Of a stretch of 64,000 nucleotides of DNA, positions 1 to 9,441 are shown piece by piece. The first letter of the stretch is position 1. Every line of letters starts with the position of its first letter. Under the pieces are notes generated by a model. That model searched no databases. It was not told the origin of the DNA and worked only from the letters and a program-made list of their open reading frames with translations. The position numbers and the translations under genes are program-made. This DNA is from an uncultured Dehalococcoidia bacterium (GTDB taxonomy: Bacteria > Chloroflexota > Dehalococcoidia > UBA2247 > RBG-13-53-26): NCBI GenBank assembly GCA_964617695.1, contig CAZTYW010000002.1, positions 598 to 64,597 of the forward strand, written 5' to 3'.

Positions 1-800
1 TCGAATACCGTCCTGGTATAGTAGTCCAGGCCCCGCACCAGGTAAGGGTTTATGTCATACGGTATTTGAAGGTGGCTCAGCAGCTCCTTGACAGAATCGA
101 AGTGGCTGCGACAGGCGGGGCAGAGATGCTCAGACATGGTTGGGGCACCCCTGATGGTGTCCTGGCAGGAGGTCTGCTTGCAGTCCAGCAAGCGCAGGGG
201 GTTTCGCTTCAGCCTCGTCCGGCAGTCCGGGCACAGCACCCGGGCATGCTCTGAATAGTAAGCTTTGAGCCGTTCCAGGTAGTGCGGTCGGCAATGCTGG
301 CAACCGATACTGTTGAGTTGGAGGCTAAGCGCCCGCAGACCCAGCGACGTGTAGAAATACCACGCCATGTCGATGACCTCTGCGTCCAGAGCCGGGTCTG
401 CGTCACCTATGGCCTCGACCCCGAACTGCCGGTGCTGGCGCATTCGGCCTCTCTGTGGCCTTTCGTAGCGAAAGATCGGCCCGAGGTAGTAAAGCCTTAC
501 CGGCTGTGGAAGGTTGTGCATGCCGTGCTCGATGTAGGCGCGGCACACCGGAGCCGTGCCTTCAGGACGCAGCGTCATGGCGTCCCCGCCCCTGTCTTCG
601 AAGGTGTACATCTGCTTCTCCACGATGTCCGTGCCTTCACCAACACTTCGGAGGAACAGCCCCGTCTGCTCAAAGACCGGTGTATCGATGCGTCTGTACC
701 CGTATAGCTGGCAGACCTCGCCGGCCTTCTCCTCCACGAATCTCCAGTAGGCCTGGTCCTGGGGTAGTATGTCCTGTGTGCCTCGGGGAGCCTTGTACAC
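1..800 (-). CDS. hisS: histidine--tRNA ligase, partial (C-terminal part lies beyond the window start); GTG start at 798-800
   Basis: Manual minus-strand translation gives MYKAPRGTQDILPQDQAYWRFVEEKAGEVCQLYGYRRIDTPVFEQTGLFLRSVGEGTDIVEKQMYTFEDRGGDAMTLRPEGTAPVCRAYIEHG...LYYLGPIFRYERPQRGRMRQHRQFGVEAIG. This is the class II HisRS N-terminus and motif 1/2 region. The frame stays open to position 1. A GAGGAAA Shine-Dalgarno sits 7 nt upstream of the GTG. It is not in the ORF track because the stop codon is outside the window. Confidence 0.8.
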   Translation of the reverse strand, partial: MYKAPRGTQDILPQDQAYWRFVEEKAGEVCQLYGYRRIDTPVFEQTGLFLRSVGEGTDIVEKQMYTFEDRGGDAMTLRPEGTAPVCRAYIEHGMHNLPQPVRLYYLGPIFRYERPQRGRMRQHRQFGVEAIGDADPALDAEVIDMAWYFYTSLGLRALSLQLNSIGCQHCRPHYLERLKAYYSEHARVLCPDCRTRLKRNPLRLLDCKQTSCQDTIRGAPTMSEHLCPACRSHFDSVKELLSHLQIPYDINPYLVRGLDYYTRTVF

Positions 801-904
801 GCCAGTTTCCTCGTCGTGGCAAGCATACCTTCGCAAACCGCGGTTAGTCAAGGCAGACCCCGTCCTGCTTGGTTGCGTTGATAACACGCTCGTGTTTTTG
901 CTAT

Positions 905-933
905 CCTTAGCTAAGGCTGGCTGATACAGCCAG
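905..933. promoter_or_regulatory. two abutting perfect palindromes, CCTTAGCTAAGG (905-916) and CTGGCTGataCAGCCAG (917-933), in the divergent hisS / acyl-CoA dehydrogenase intergenic region; candidate operator sites
   Basis: Perfect dyad symmetry read directly from the sequence. They lie between divergent starts at 800 (minus) and 1006 (plus). Confidence 0.3.
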
Positions 934-1005
934 AGGATGGTGGCCAAGGCGAGGGGCTCCAGAGACCTTCAGGGCGTAGTTGCCACGCAGGAGTAAGGAG
1001 GCGAA

Positions 1006-2136
1006 TTGGACCTGGACCTTTCCGAAGACCAGAAGATGTTGAAGACGGCAGCGCGAGACTTTCTGGAAAAGGAGTGCCCGAAGCAGTTTGTGCGTGACAT
1101 GGAGCAGGACGAGAAGGGTTACTCGCCGGAACTGTGGCTCAAGATGGTGCAACTCGGGTGGCAGGGGCTACCGTTCCCCGAAGCTCAGGGCGGCGGTGGT
1201 GGAAGCTTCCTCGACCTCGCAGTCCTGCTGGAAGAGATGGGTCGTGCTTGCCTGCCTGGGCCCTTCCTTGCCAGCGTAGTGCTGGCCGGATTGCCGATTC
1301 TGGCAGCGGGCAGCGAGGAGCAGAAGCGGGAGCTACTGCCGGCAATAGCCCAGGGAAAGATCTACACGCTTGCCCTGACCGAGCCTGATGGAATGTATGA
1401 CGCCGTCTCAGTCCGAACAACGGCGACACATGACAGGGATGATTGGGTCATCAGCGGGACCAAGACGTTCGTCCCCGATGCTCATGTGGCCGACGGTATC
1501 CTGTGCGTGGCCAGGACCGGCGAGGCTTCGTCCGGCAGCGACGGGACCAGCCTCTTCCTGGTTGATGCCAGAAGCCAGGGCATCAAGGTGACTGTGCTGC
1601 GCACCATAGCTGGCGATAAGCAATGCGAGGTAGTGTTCGATGGGGTGAAGGTGCCTGCGGCGAATGTGGTTGGCAGCGTCGGTCAGGGATGGCCGGTGGT
1701 GGAGAAGGCCCTGCAGTGGGCGGCCGCGGCCAAGTGTGCCGAGATGGTTGGTGCGGCCGAAGCCGTTCTGGAGATGAGCGTCGAGTATGCCAGGGAGAGA
1801 ACTCAGTTTGACAAACCCATTGGGAGTTTTCAGGCTATTCAGCACCATTGTGCCAATATGCGCATAGACATTGATGGCATGAGGTATCTCACATATGAGG
1901 CAGCCTGGTTGCTCAGCGAAGGGCTTCCGGCTGCAACGCAGGTTTCCATGGCCAAGGCCTGGGTTAGTGAGGCCATCTCGCGGGTCACCCGCCTGGGGCA
2001 TCAGATCCACGGCGGCGTGGGCTACATGATGGACCACGATATGCAGCTCTACTTCAGGCGGGGTGAGGCAGCCAGGGCGATGTTTGGTGATGCCAGTTTC
2101 CACCGTGAGTTGGTGGCCAGCCAGTTGGGCCTGTAG
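1006..2136 (+). CDS. acyl-CoA dehydrogenase family protein (TTG start)
   Basis: 376 aa. It has ACAD-family N-, middle and C-terminal regions (…TEPDGMYD…ISGTKTFV…QFDKPIGSFQAIQH…). AAGGAGG lies 4 nt upstream of the TTG. Confidence 0.85.
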   Translation: MDLDLSEDQKMLKTAARDFLEKECPKQFVRDMEQDEKGYSPELWLKMVQLGWQGLPFPEAQGGGGGSFLDLAVLLEEMGRACLPGPFLASVVLAGLPILAAGSEEQKRELLPAIAQGKIYTLALTEPDGMYDAVSVRTTATHDRDDWVISGTKTFVPDAHVADGILCVARTGEASSGSDGTSLFLVDARSQGIKVTVLRTIAGDKQCEVVFDGVKVPAANVVGSVGQGWPVVEKALQWAAAAKCAEMVGAAEAVLEMSVEYARERTQFDKPIGSFQAIQHHCANMRIDIDGMRYLTYEAAWLLSEGLPAATQVSMAKAWVSEAISRVTRLGHQIHGGVGYMMDHDMQLYFRRGEAARAMFGDASFHRELVASQLGL

Positions 2137-2154
2137 TCAGAAAGGGAGGGTAGG

Positions 2155-2502
2155 ATGGCACAGGAGTGTGTCTTTTGTCGCATCGTCGCGGGGCAGGTAC
2201 CGGCCACCATCGTGTACCAGGATGACATGGTCATCGCCTTCCGGGATGTCGAGCCTCAGGCGCCGACACACCTGTTGCTAATACCCCGGGAGCACGTAGC
2301 CTCCCTGGGAGAATTCGGCTCGCAGCATGAAGGGTTGATCGCCCAGTTGGTTCACGTTGCCAATGAGTTGGCGGCCAAAGAGGGGATAGCTGAGAGGGGG
2401 TATCGCCTGGTGGCGAACTGCGGCAAGGAAGGGGGGCAGGTCGTGCCTCACGTCCACTTCCATCTGCTTGGCGGTCGTGAGCTGTCCGGCGACATGGGCT
2501 AG
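2155..2502 (+). CDS. HIT family (histidine triad) protein
   Basis: 115 aa with a histidine triad HVHFHLLGG near the C-terminus and N-terminal CxxC. There is a GGAGGG Shine-Dalgarno. Confidence 0.85.
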   Translation: MAQECVFCRIVAGQVPATIVYQDDMVIAFRDVEPQAPTHLLLIPREHVASLGEFGSQHEGLIAQLVHVANELAAKEGIAERGYRLVANCGKEGGQVVPHVHFHLLGGRELSGDMG

Positions 2503-2540
2503 AGCACTTCTGGCCCCAGGGACACGTGCTGAGGTGCCAC

Positions 2541-3356
2541 ATGAACTTCTTTGACAAGCTTCTTAGGACAGTCGAGAGGAACGACAGCCTGCTCTGCGTC
2601 GGGCTTGACCCTGACCCGGCGATGATGCCCCGGATGAGCCTTTTCGACTTCAACAAGGCCATCATTGACGCTACCTCGGACCTCGTGTGCGCCTACAAAC
2701 CGAATCTTGCCTTCTACGAGGCCCTGGGCATTGAGGGGCTCCAGACACTCCAGCGGACTGTGGAGTACATACCTGATGACGTCCCTGTGATAGGAGACGG
2801 AAAGCGCGGTGACATCGGCAACACTGCCAGGGCCTATGCCAGAGCACTGTTTGAGGTGTTTGGCTTTGATGCCGCCACTGTGAACCCCTATATGGGCTAC
2901 GACTCCGTCGAGCCGTTTCTCGAATACACGGACAGGGCCACGTTCATCCTGTGCCGCACCTCGAATGCCGGTTCGCTGGATTTCCAGGCCCTGAACTACT
3001 CGTCAGGAAGGCTGGAATGCAGGCAGCAGCCGCTGTTCACGCTGGTGGCCGAAAAGGCCAGGCAGTGGAACAAGCATGACAACGTCGGCCTGGTTGTGGG
3101 AGCCACCTATCCGCAGGAACTGAAGGAAATAAGGCAGCTTTGCCCCGAGATGACCTTTCTCATACCGGGTATCGGAGCGCAGGGAGGGGAGCTGGCATCG
3201 GCCGTTCGCTACGGAGCGGGCTCTGACGGCCGGAAGGCGATTTTCAATAGTTCAAGGCAGATTCTGTACGCTTCCAGGGGCAACGACTTCGCACAGGCTG
3301 CGCGGCAGGCGGCCGACGGGCTGCGCTGCCAGATTAACTCCCTCCTACCTGACTGA
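2541..3356 (+). CDS. pyrF: orotidine-5'-phosphate decarboxylase (long type-2 form)
   Basis: MNFFDKLL…LCVGLDPDP…DGKRGDIGNTA is a type-2 OMP decarboxylase signature. The start was chosen at the internal ATG at 2541, preceded by GAGGTG. Confidence 0.85.
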   Translation: MNFFDKLLRTVERNDSLLCVGLDPDPAMMPRMSLFDFNKAIIDATSDLVCAYKPNLAFYEALGIEGLQTLQRTVEYIPDDVPVIGDGKRGDIGNTARAYARALFEVFGFDAATVNPYMGYDSVEPFLEYTDRATFILCRTSNAGSLDFQALNYSSGRLECRQQPLFTLVAEKARQWNKHDNVGLVVGATYPQELKEIRQLCPEMTFLIPGIGAQGGELASAVRYGAGSDGRKAIFNSSRQILYASRGNDFAQAARQAADGLRCQINSLLPD

Positions 3357-3369
3357 TCAGAGGCCCACG

Positions 3370-3573
3370 GTGTTGCTGGAATTGAACCCAGGGGATATAC
3401 TACGGCTTAAGAAACCACACCCTTGCGGCAGCTACGAATGGGAGGTGGTGAGGCCGGGGTCAGATGTCAGCATCAAGTGCGTTGGTTGCCATCGGCTGGT
3501 GCTTATGCCCCGCAGCACCCTCGAGAGAAAGGTGAAACAAATACAGAATGCAAAAGGAAAAGCTCAGGATTGA
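3370..3573 (+). CDS. DUF951 family small protein (GTG start)
   Basis: 67 aa with KKPHPCGS…W…R.G.D…KC.GC, typical of DUF951 (YyzM-like). It follows pyrF by 13 nt. Confidence 0.65.
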   Translation: MLLELNPGDILRLKKPHPCGSYEWEVVRPGSDVSIKCVGCHRLVLMPRSTLERKVKQIQNAKGKAQD

Positions 3574-3628
3574 CTGCTCTTCGTTTTGCATTTTGGGCTT
3601 TGAATTCTTACTCAGGGGGTGATTCGTC

Positions 3629-3886
3629 ATGGCAGAAGAACAGATAGTCGGCACTGTCAGCGATTTCTTCGCCCGGCCGGTAGTCGCAGGCGTCGATCTG
3701 ACGGCGGCCTTGAAGACTGGGGACAGGATACGGATCAGGGGACACACCACCGACCTTGAGCTGGTCGTTGAGTCGATGCAGATTCAGAACCAGAACGTGC
3801 AGGAAGCCAAGGCGGGGGACTCTGTGGGTATCAAGGTGCCCGACCGGGTACGGCGGGGAGACAGCGTATACAAGATCGTTGAGTGA
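3629..3886 (+). CDS. small EF-Tu domain-2-like beta-barrel protein (hypothetical)
   Basis: 85 aa. GGGGGTGA Shine-Dalgarno 5 nt upstream. Weak resemblance to a translation-factor domain II fold (…GDRIRIRG…AGDSVGIKV…). Confidence 0.5.
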   Translation: MAEEQIVGTVSDFFARPVVAGVDLTAALKTGDRIRIRGHTTDLELVVESMQIQNQNVQEAKAGDSVGIKVPDRVRRGDSVYKIVE

Positions 3887-3951
3887 TGTCTCAGAGGGCG
3901 AGACCGGTGGCCTCGCCCTCAACTAAACCTGGGAAGTGGTGCTTGGTCTGA

Positions 3952-4419
3952 CTACAGGTTCCTGACTAGGTTTGCCATTTCGATTGCGTTCATGGCGGCC
4001 CTGAAGCCCATGTTGCCTTCCTTTGTTCCTGCCCTCTCAATGGCTTGCTCCAGGGTGTCAGCCGTAATCACGCCGAAGATGACGGGCACGCCTGTATCCA
4101 GTCCCACTTTGGCAATCCCCTTGCTCACCTCAGCGGCGATGTAGTCGAAATGGGGTGTTCCGCCGCGGATAACCGCGCCCAGGCAGATGACGGCGTCGTA
4201 CTTCCCCGACTGTGCCATCTTCTTGGCAATAAGCGGTATTTCGAAGGAACCTGGCGTCCAGGCGATCTCGATGTCGTCCTCTTTGACACCGTGGCGCAGT
4301 AGCGCATCCTGGGCTCCCTCAAGTAGCCTGACCGAGATGAACTCGTTGAAGCGAGCTACGACCAGCATGAATTTGAGGCCCTCTCCCAGAAGCGCACCTT
4401 GGTAATGCTTGCCCATCAT
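3952..4419 (-). CDS. ribH: 6,7-dimethyl-8-ribityllumazine synthase
   Basis: 155 aa. Lumazine synthase signature …[12 protein letters not shown]…[15 protein letters not shown]… Last gene of the rib operon. Confidence 0.9.
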   Translation of the reverse strand: MMGKHYQGALLGEGLKFMLVVARFNEFISVRLLEGAQDALLRHGVKEDDIEIAWTPGSFEIPLIAKKMAQSGKYDAVICLGAVIRGGTPHFDYIAAEVSKGIAKVGLDTGVPVIFGVITADTLEQAIERAGTKEGNMGFRAAMNAIEMANLVRNL

Positions 4420-4425
4420 CTCCTC

Positions 4426-5631
4426 CTATCTAGGCTCGGGCACGAAGTGGTGTCCCAGTTTCTTGCCCTTGGTCTCCAGGTACGAGGCATTGTAGGGTGT
4501 TGCCGGGGCCACGATGGGTACCGTCTCTACCACCTTGAGACCGTATCCCTCCAGACCGACCACCTTCTTGGGGTTGTTGGTCAGCAGCCGAATGTTCTGC
4601 AGGCCAAGATCGACCAGAATCTGGGCCCCGATGCCGTACTCGCGCAGGTCAGCCGCAAATCCCAACACTTCGTTGGCTTCCACGGTGTCCATCCCCTGGT
4701 CCTGGAGAGCGTAGGCACGAAGCTTGTTGTGAAGCCCAATTCCCCGGCCTTCCTGGCGCATGTAAAGGAAAACGCCCTTGCCTTCAGCCTCAATTTCTTG
4801 GAGCGCCATGGCGACCTGTTGGCCACAGTCGCAGCGGAGGCTGCCGAAGACGTCTCCCGTGAGGCATTCACTGTGCACTCGCACCAGCACCGGCTCGTCG
4901 CCGGCGACATCGCCTTTGACCAGGGCAATGTGCTCGTCCGGGTCGACCGTGCTCCTGTAGGCAAAGGCCTTGAAGTCACCGTGTTTGGTCGGCAGGTTGG
5001 CCTCTGCCACGCGGCGGATCAGTTTCTCGTTGCGGCGCCGGTAAGTGATGAGGTCGGCCACGCTGATGATCTTCGTGTTGTGCTTGGCCGCCATGCTCTT
5101 AAGCTGAGGCAGACGGGCCATGCTTCCGTCGTCGTTCATAATCTCGCAGATGATGCCGGCGGGGTAGAGGCCTGCTAGCCTGGCCAGATCGACGATCGCC
5201 TCTGTATGCCCAGCACGCACAAGGACGCCGCCGCCTCTGGCTCTGATCGGGAATATGTGTCCGGGACGGGCTATGTCCTCCGGCTTGGTTGCCGGGTCGA
5301 GCACCGCCTGTATGGTGGCGGCACGGTCGTGGGCAGAGATGCCGGTGGTGACTCCGTGCTTGGCCTCGATAGATACGGTGAAGGCTGTGGAGAACTTGGA
5401 TGTGTTGTCGTGGACCATCATCGGGATTCTCAACTCATCGAGTCTCTCGCCAATTATGGGCATACAGATCAAGCCCCTCGCCTCCCTGGCCATGAAGTTG
5501 ACTACCTCGGGGGTAACCACCTCTGCAGCCATGGCCAGGTCCCCTTCATTTTCCCGGCTCTCGTCGTCGACAATGATGACAATCTTGCCGGCCCTTATCT
5601 CTTCGATCGCCTCAGGAATAGTGTCGAGCAT
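4426..5631 (-). CDS. ribBA: bifunctional 3,4-dihydroxy-2-butanone-4-phosphate synthase / GTP cyclohydrolase II
   Basis: 401 aa. N-terminal DHBP synthase (…RENEGDL…) and C-terminal GTP cyclohydrolase II (…CDCG.Q…RQEGRGIGL…). Confidence 0.9.
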   Translation of the reverse strand: MLDTIPEAIEEIRAGKIVIIVDDESRENEGDLAMAAEVVTPEVVNFMAREARGLICMPIIGERLDELRIPMMVHDNTSKFSTAFTVSIEAKHGVTTGISAHDRAATIQAVLDPATKPEDIARPGHIFPIRARGGGVLVRAGHTEAIVDLARLAGLYPAGIICEIMNDDGSMARLPQLKSMAAKHNTKIISVADLITYRRRNEKLIRRVAEANLPTKHGDFKAFAYRSTVDPDEHIALVKGDVAGDEPVLVRVHSECLTGDVFGSLRCDCGQQVAMALQEIEAEGKGVFLYMRQEGRGIGLHNKLRAYALQDQGMDTVEANEVLGFAADLREYGIGAQILVDLGLQNIRLLTNNPKKVVGLEGYGLKVVETVPIVAPATPYNASYLETKGKKLGHHFVPEPR

Positions 5632-5644
5632 CCAGACTCCTTCG

Positions 5645-6289
5645 CTAGCTTGAGTAAGCGGATCCGGTAGTTGAGAAGCCGTGCTCTGCCAGAAAGTCGA
5701 GGCTTATCCCCCCACGCTCTCCCGCAAACCGCTCCACGTACTTGGCCATGATATCCACTTCAAGATTGACCGCGTCACCTGGGCGCTTCCTGCCCAGGGT
5801 GGTGCGGTCCAGCGTGTACCCGACGAGCGAGACACTGAAAGTGGTGGTGTCATAGCCAGTGATAGTGAGACTCACTCCGTCGACGGCAATGAACCCTTTT
5901 TCCACCACGTAGCGCATCACTGACCCTGGGGCAGTGCATCTGGCAATAAGAGCCCTGCCCTCGGGCACCAGGGAAACGATCTTGCCCGTGGCGTCCACGT
6001 GCCCCTGGACGAGATGGCCACCGACACGGCCTCCCACCAGGAGAGCTCGTTCCAGGTTCACTACGGAACCAGGCCGCAGCAGGCCCAGGTTGGTGCGCCG
6101 CAACGTCTCCGGCGTCACATCCACGGAGAAAGACCTGTCACCCAGGGCACCCACAGTCAGGCATGCGCCATTGACAGCCAGACTATCGCCGGGCTTGGTT
6201 CCCTGCAGTACCTCAGCGGCGGTGACCGTCAGCCTATCTGACCGGGCCGCTCTTACCGTACCTACTTCTTCGACAATACCGGTGAACAA
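5645..6289 (-). CDS. ribE: riboflavin synthase alpha subunit
   Basis: 214 aa beginning MFTGIVEE. Two lumazine-binding repeats. Confidence 0.9.
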   Translation of the reverse strand: MFTGIVEEVGTVRAARSDRLTVTAAEVLQGTKPGDSLAVNGACLTVGALGDRSFSVDVTPETLRRTNLGLLRPGSVVNLERALLVGGRVGGHLVQGHVDATGKIVSLVPEGRALIARCTAPGSVMRYVVEKGFIAVDGVSLTITGYDTTTFSVSLVGYTLDRTTLGRKRPGDAVNLEVDIMAKYVERFAGERGGISLDFLAEHGFSTTGSAYSS

Positions 6290-6341
6290 ACTGCTTTTCC
6301 CTTGTGCCTCTCACGTATCCGGCAATACGTTTCAACACTCT

Positions 6342-7451
6342 TCATCTGACAGGGTATCCACTGACCAGGATATCATTGCCTATCTTCTGCACCCTGACGC
6401 GGTCCAGGCTCATCGCCTGGGCTACTGTCTCCACGCCTTTGCCCTTGACGGGATTCTTAGCCTCCTCCCCGCCGATGATGATAGGCGCGACGAACACAAG
6501 CAGCTTATCCGCCAGACGGTGCTCAAAGAGTGAGCCAAAGACGCCGGCACCGCCTTCCACCATGATGCTGGTGATCTCCTTCCCCCCCAGGATCCCCAGC
6601 AAGGCTTCGAGGTCAACCAGCTCATCCTTGGAAGGTGCCACCAGCACCTCCGCCCCGGCCTTGGTGAGCGCTGTGGCTTTCTCCGGTTCCACCCCTTCCG
6701 ATACCGCAATTAGGGTCTTGCCTGGGACCTGCAGCACGCGGGCAGTGGGTGGGGTGCGGCCTTTGCTGTCGACTATCACCCGCAGGGGCTGTTTCTCTGC
6801 TTGACCGCCCTCTCTGCCTGCCCTCGCCGTAAGCTGGGGGTCGTCGGTGATTATGGTATCCACTCCGACCATGATGGCGTCCATCTGATGGCGCAGGCAG
6901 TGAACGTACCTTCTTGACTGTTCGCCGCTGATCCACTTGGCGTCGCCAGTCTTGGTGGCGATCTTCCCGTCGAGACTCATGGCGAACTTGCCTGTTACGA
7001 AGGGTAAACCCTCGGTGACGTACTTGACATAAGCCTCATTCAGCTCCTGGGCCTCCTCCTCGTGTTCGCTAAGGACGGTGGTTATGCCTGCCGCTTCCAG
7101 TTCCCTCTGCCCCCGTCCAGAGACACGCGGGTTGGGGTCGAGCATGGCCATATGGACATCGGAGATGCCGGCGGCTATTATGGCCTGGGTGCAGGGGCCG
7201 GTGCGCCCCTGGTAGCAGCACGGTTCCATAGTGACGTACATGGCCGCGCCGCTGGCCTTGTCGCCTGCCTGCTGCAGGGCGACGATCTCGGCATGATTCG
7301 ATCCCGGCGGCTGGGTATAGCCCTCGCCAACGATGGTCCTCCCCTTGACTATCACGGCTCCGACGGCAGGGTTTGGGCTGGAGTGCCCGAGAGCAAGGTT
7401 TGCCAGAGAGAGGGCATGCTTCATGTAGTCCATCACATCGGTCTCCCTCAT
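6342..7451 (-). CDS. ribD: bifunctional diaminohydroxyphosphoribosylaminopyrimidine deaminase / 5-amino-6-(5-phosphoribosylamino)uracil reductase
   Basis: 369 aa. CMP/dCMP-type deaminase zinc motif (HAE…PCxxC) plus RibD C-terminal reductase domain. First gene of the rib operon. Confidence 0.9.
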   Translation of the reverse strand: MRETDVMDYMKHALSLANLALGHSSPNPAVGAVIVKGRTIVGEGYTQPPGSNHAEIVALQQAGDKASGAAMYVTMEPCCYQGRTGPCTQAIIAAGISDVHMAMLDPNPRVSGRGQRELEAAGITTVLSEHEEEAQELNEAYVKYVTEGLPFVTGKFAMSLDGKIATKTGDAKWISGEQSRRYVHCLRHQMDAIMVGVDTIITDDPQLTARAGREGGQAEKQPLRVIVDSKGRTPPTARVLQVPGKTLIAVSEGVEPEKATALTKAGAEVLVAPSKDELVDLEALLGILGGKEITSIMVEGGAGVFGSLFEHRLADKLLVFVAPIIIGGEEAKNPVKGKGVETVAQAMSLDRVRVQKIGNDILVSGYPVR

Positions 7452-7700
7452 TTATTGGGGGGGAACTTCACTCCAGAGTCCGTCCTGAAAGCTTCAATCG
7501 TGCGGCAGACCTTCTCTTCCTCTGTCCGCCGCCGTGCCTGCTATTCGTCCCTCGCTATCACGGATACGAAAGTATAACTTTCGCCACAGCTTGTCAAGTT
7601 TTGGCAGCCTGGGGTTCTGCCAACCGGTTGAATGGTCTCGATACCCAGTCTATACTATATCCATCCTGCCTTCAAATCAGGGCGTCATGCGGTTCGGCAC
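7452..7700 (-). ncRNA. candidate FMN riboswitch (RFN element) in the 5' leader of ribD; exact boundaries not resolved
   Basis: There is a ~350-nt untranslated leader upstream of a complete rib operon. On the minus strand there are partial matches to conserved FMN-aptamer stretches: ATTCaACCGGtTGGCAG and cACgGCGGcGGacAG (consensus ACCGGCGGTAG), GCGAAAGTT, and GACGGactcTGGAgTGaAG (consensus GACGGT.AAAGTCCGGATGGGAG). I could not fold the element or make a covariance-model call by eye. Confidence 0.3.
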
Positions 7701-7803
7701 CGTGGCACGCTCTGGGCTATTTCCTTCGAGTTGGATGGAACAAGGGATTGGCTGGATAGTCAGTGGGCTGGCAACATGGCTCTCTTGAGCAAGGAGGACC
7801 AGA

Positions 7804-8394
7804 ATGGGGGAAATAAAGAGCGCCTTTGAGATAGCTATGGAGAAGGCGGCGAAGATCGGCCAGCCTTCGAAAGAGGAGACGCTGAAGTGGAAGTATGTTC
7901 CCGAGGGGCAGAGGTTGGCTGCTGAGTACTTCAGGGAGGAGGCCAGCCTGGTCGCGGAACTGGGCAAGTATGACCAGGAGGCGAGGCGCTTTGTGGCTCT
8001 GGGAGCGGAGGAAGTGCTCCTGGGCAACATCGGCCTGCCGGTCAACGATCTTGGCGAGAGGAACAACAAGCGGGCCATGGAGGCTATCAAGGCCATAAAG
8101 GGAGACAAGGGCGCGATTGAAAACGTGTATAGCAGGATGCGGCGCGTTTTCGAACACTATGAGCAACAAGGCGAGCAGCAGAGAAGAGAAGCCTATGAGG
8201 CCTTGAAGCAACACTTCCATGCGAGGCTGCAGCAGGCAGTTCGCCAGCAGGGCGGCTTGCCTGCCGGGGCCAGGATCGACGTCGAAAGCCAGCCGCAGTT
8301 TCAGGAGGAATGGCGCAGGACCCTTGCTCAGCTCGACTCTCAGTACGTCAAGCTGCTGGAAGAGTGCAAGCAGGAGATATCAAGCATCCGCTAG
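7804..8394 (+). CDS. hypothetical protein
   Basis: 196 aa. AAGGAGG Shine-Dalgarno 6 nt upstream of ATG. Charged, helical, with no recognisable family. Divergent from ribD. Confidence 0.55.
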   Translation: MGEIKSAFEIAMEKAAKIGQPSKEETLKWKYVPEGQRLAAEYFREEASLVAELGKYDQEARRFVALGAEEVLLGNIGLPVNDLGERNNKRAMEAIKAIKGDKGAIENVYSRMRRVFEHYEQQGEQQRREAYEALKQHFHARLQQAVRQQGGLPAGARIDVESQPQFQEEWRRTLAQLDSQYVKLLEECKQEISSIR

Positions 8395-8548
8395 GTTGGT
8401 CATGGCGCCACGCGCTGCCTCGGTGGCCTCTTGCGTCGGGATGGCGCAACTCCATGAGGTCCCGTTGCGGGGTGTTCGGTGACCTCCATTCGGACACAAG
8501 GCGGTTGTCACAGTGGGTCAGGTTCGATAGCACTGCCAGCCGACGATC

Positions 8549-9328
8549 ATGAATCCAGAGCCTGCGACCGGGTTGCTCAATATCACTTATGTCGGCCATG
8601 CTACTGTGCTGGTCGAGATGGACGGGACCCGTCTGTTGACAGACCCCGTTCTGCGGCATCGGGTTGGCCCTTTGATTCGCAGGGGCCCGGTGGCCGACCT
8701 CCAGGATCAGAGCGTGGACGCCGTGCTGATCTCGCATATGCACTGGGACCATCTTGATCTGGCATCCCTGCGGCTGCTGGGCGGGACGACGCGGCTGATT
8801 GTACCGAGGGGCATGGCTACCATGCTGCGGCGAAGAGGGTTTCAGAATGTCGAGGAGATGATGGCTGGTGGGACTACTTCAGTGGGGTCGCTGGTCATAG
8901 CTGCCACGCATGCCAGACACTCTCGGTCTCGCCATCTGTTCGGCCCGGCTGCCGACTGTCTGGGTTTCCTCGTGCGCGGGCCCTACGACGTCTACTTTGC
9001 CGGTGACACCGGCCTTTTCCCCGAAATGGCAGCCCTGGCCGGTGGTCTTGATGTGGCCCTGTTGCCGGTGTGGGGCTGGGGCCCGGTCCTGAGAGGCAGT
9101 CACTTGAGCCCGCGCCAGGCGGCCGAGTCTCTCACCCTGCTGCGGCCGCGTTTTGCCGTGCCGATCCACTGGGGCACGTTCTATCCACTGGGTGTGGGGT
9201 GGATGGGGCTGGAGTTCCTGACCCGTCCTCCGTATGCCTTTGCCCGGCTGGCGGCTCACCTTGCGCCTCAGGTGGAAGTGCGTGTACTGGCACCTGGCGA
9301 GAGCCTTCAACTGAAGGGGAGAGGCTAG
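8549..9328 (+). CDS. MBL-fold metallo-hydrolase
   Basis: 259 aa. Metallo-beta-lactamase fold motifs (…YVGHATVLVE…HMHWDH…). Confidence 0.8.
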   Translation: MNPEPATGLLNITYVGHATVLVEMDGTRLLTDPVLRHRVGPLIRRGPVADLQDQSVDAVLISHMHWDHLDLASLRLLGGTTRLIVPRGMATMLRRRGFQNVEEMMAGGTTSVGSLVIAATHARHSRSRHLFGPAADCLGFLVRGPYDVYFAGDTGLFPEMAALAGGLDVALLPVWGWGPVLRGSHLSPRQAAESLTLLRPRFAVPIHWGTFYPLGVGWMGLEFLTRPPYAFARLAAHLAPQVEVRVLAPGESLQLKGRG

Positions 9329-9441
9329 CGCGGGGGTGACGCAGAGACAATGCATGGGCCCGCTCTGCTCGCTGGTCTTGTTCATAATAAGCGAAACACT
9401 TAAGGTTTGGCCTCCTTAGAGGAAGCGCTGTCTCGGGGGAG

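Noticed and set aside
66-847. Plus-strand ORFs 66-254, 282-707, 455-847 and 556-750 in the supplied track
   Set aside because: They are antisense or frame-shifted to a clear histidyl-tRNA synthetase reading frame on the minus strand. Their products are Arg/Ala/Pro-rich, low-complexity and without motifs.
4399-6533. Plus-strand ORFs 4399-5178, 5206-5670 and 5934-6533 over the rib operon
   Set aside because: Antisense to ribBA / ribE / ribD, which are unambiguous.
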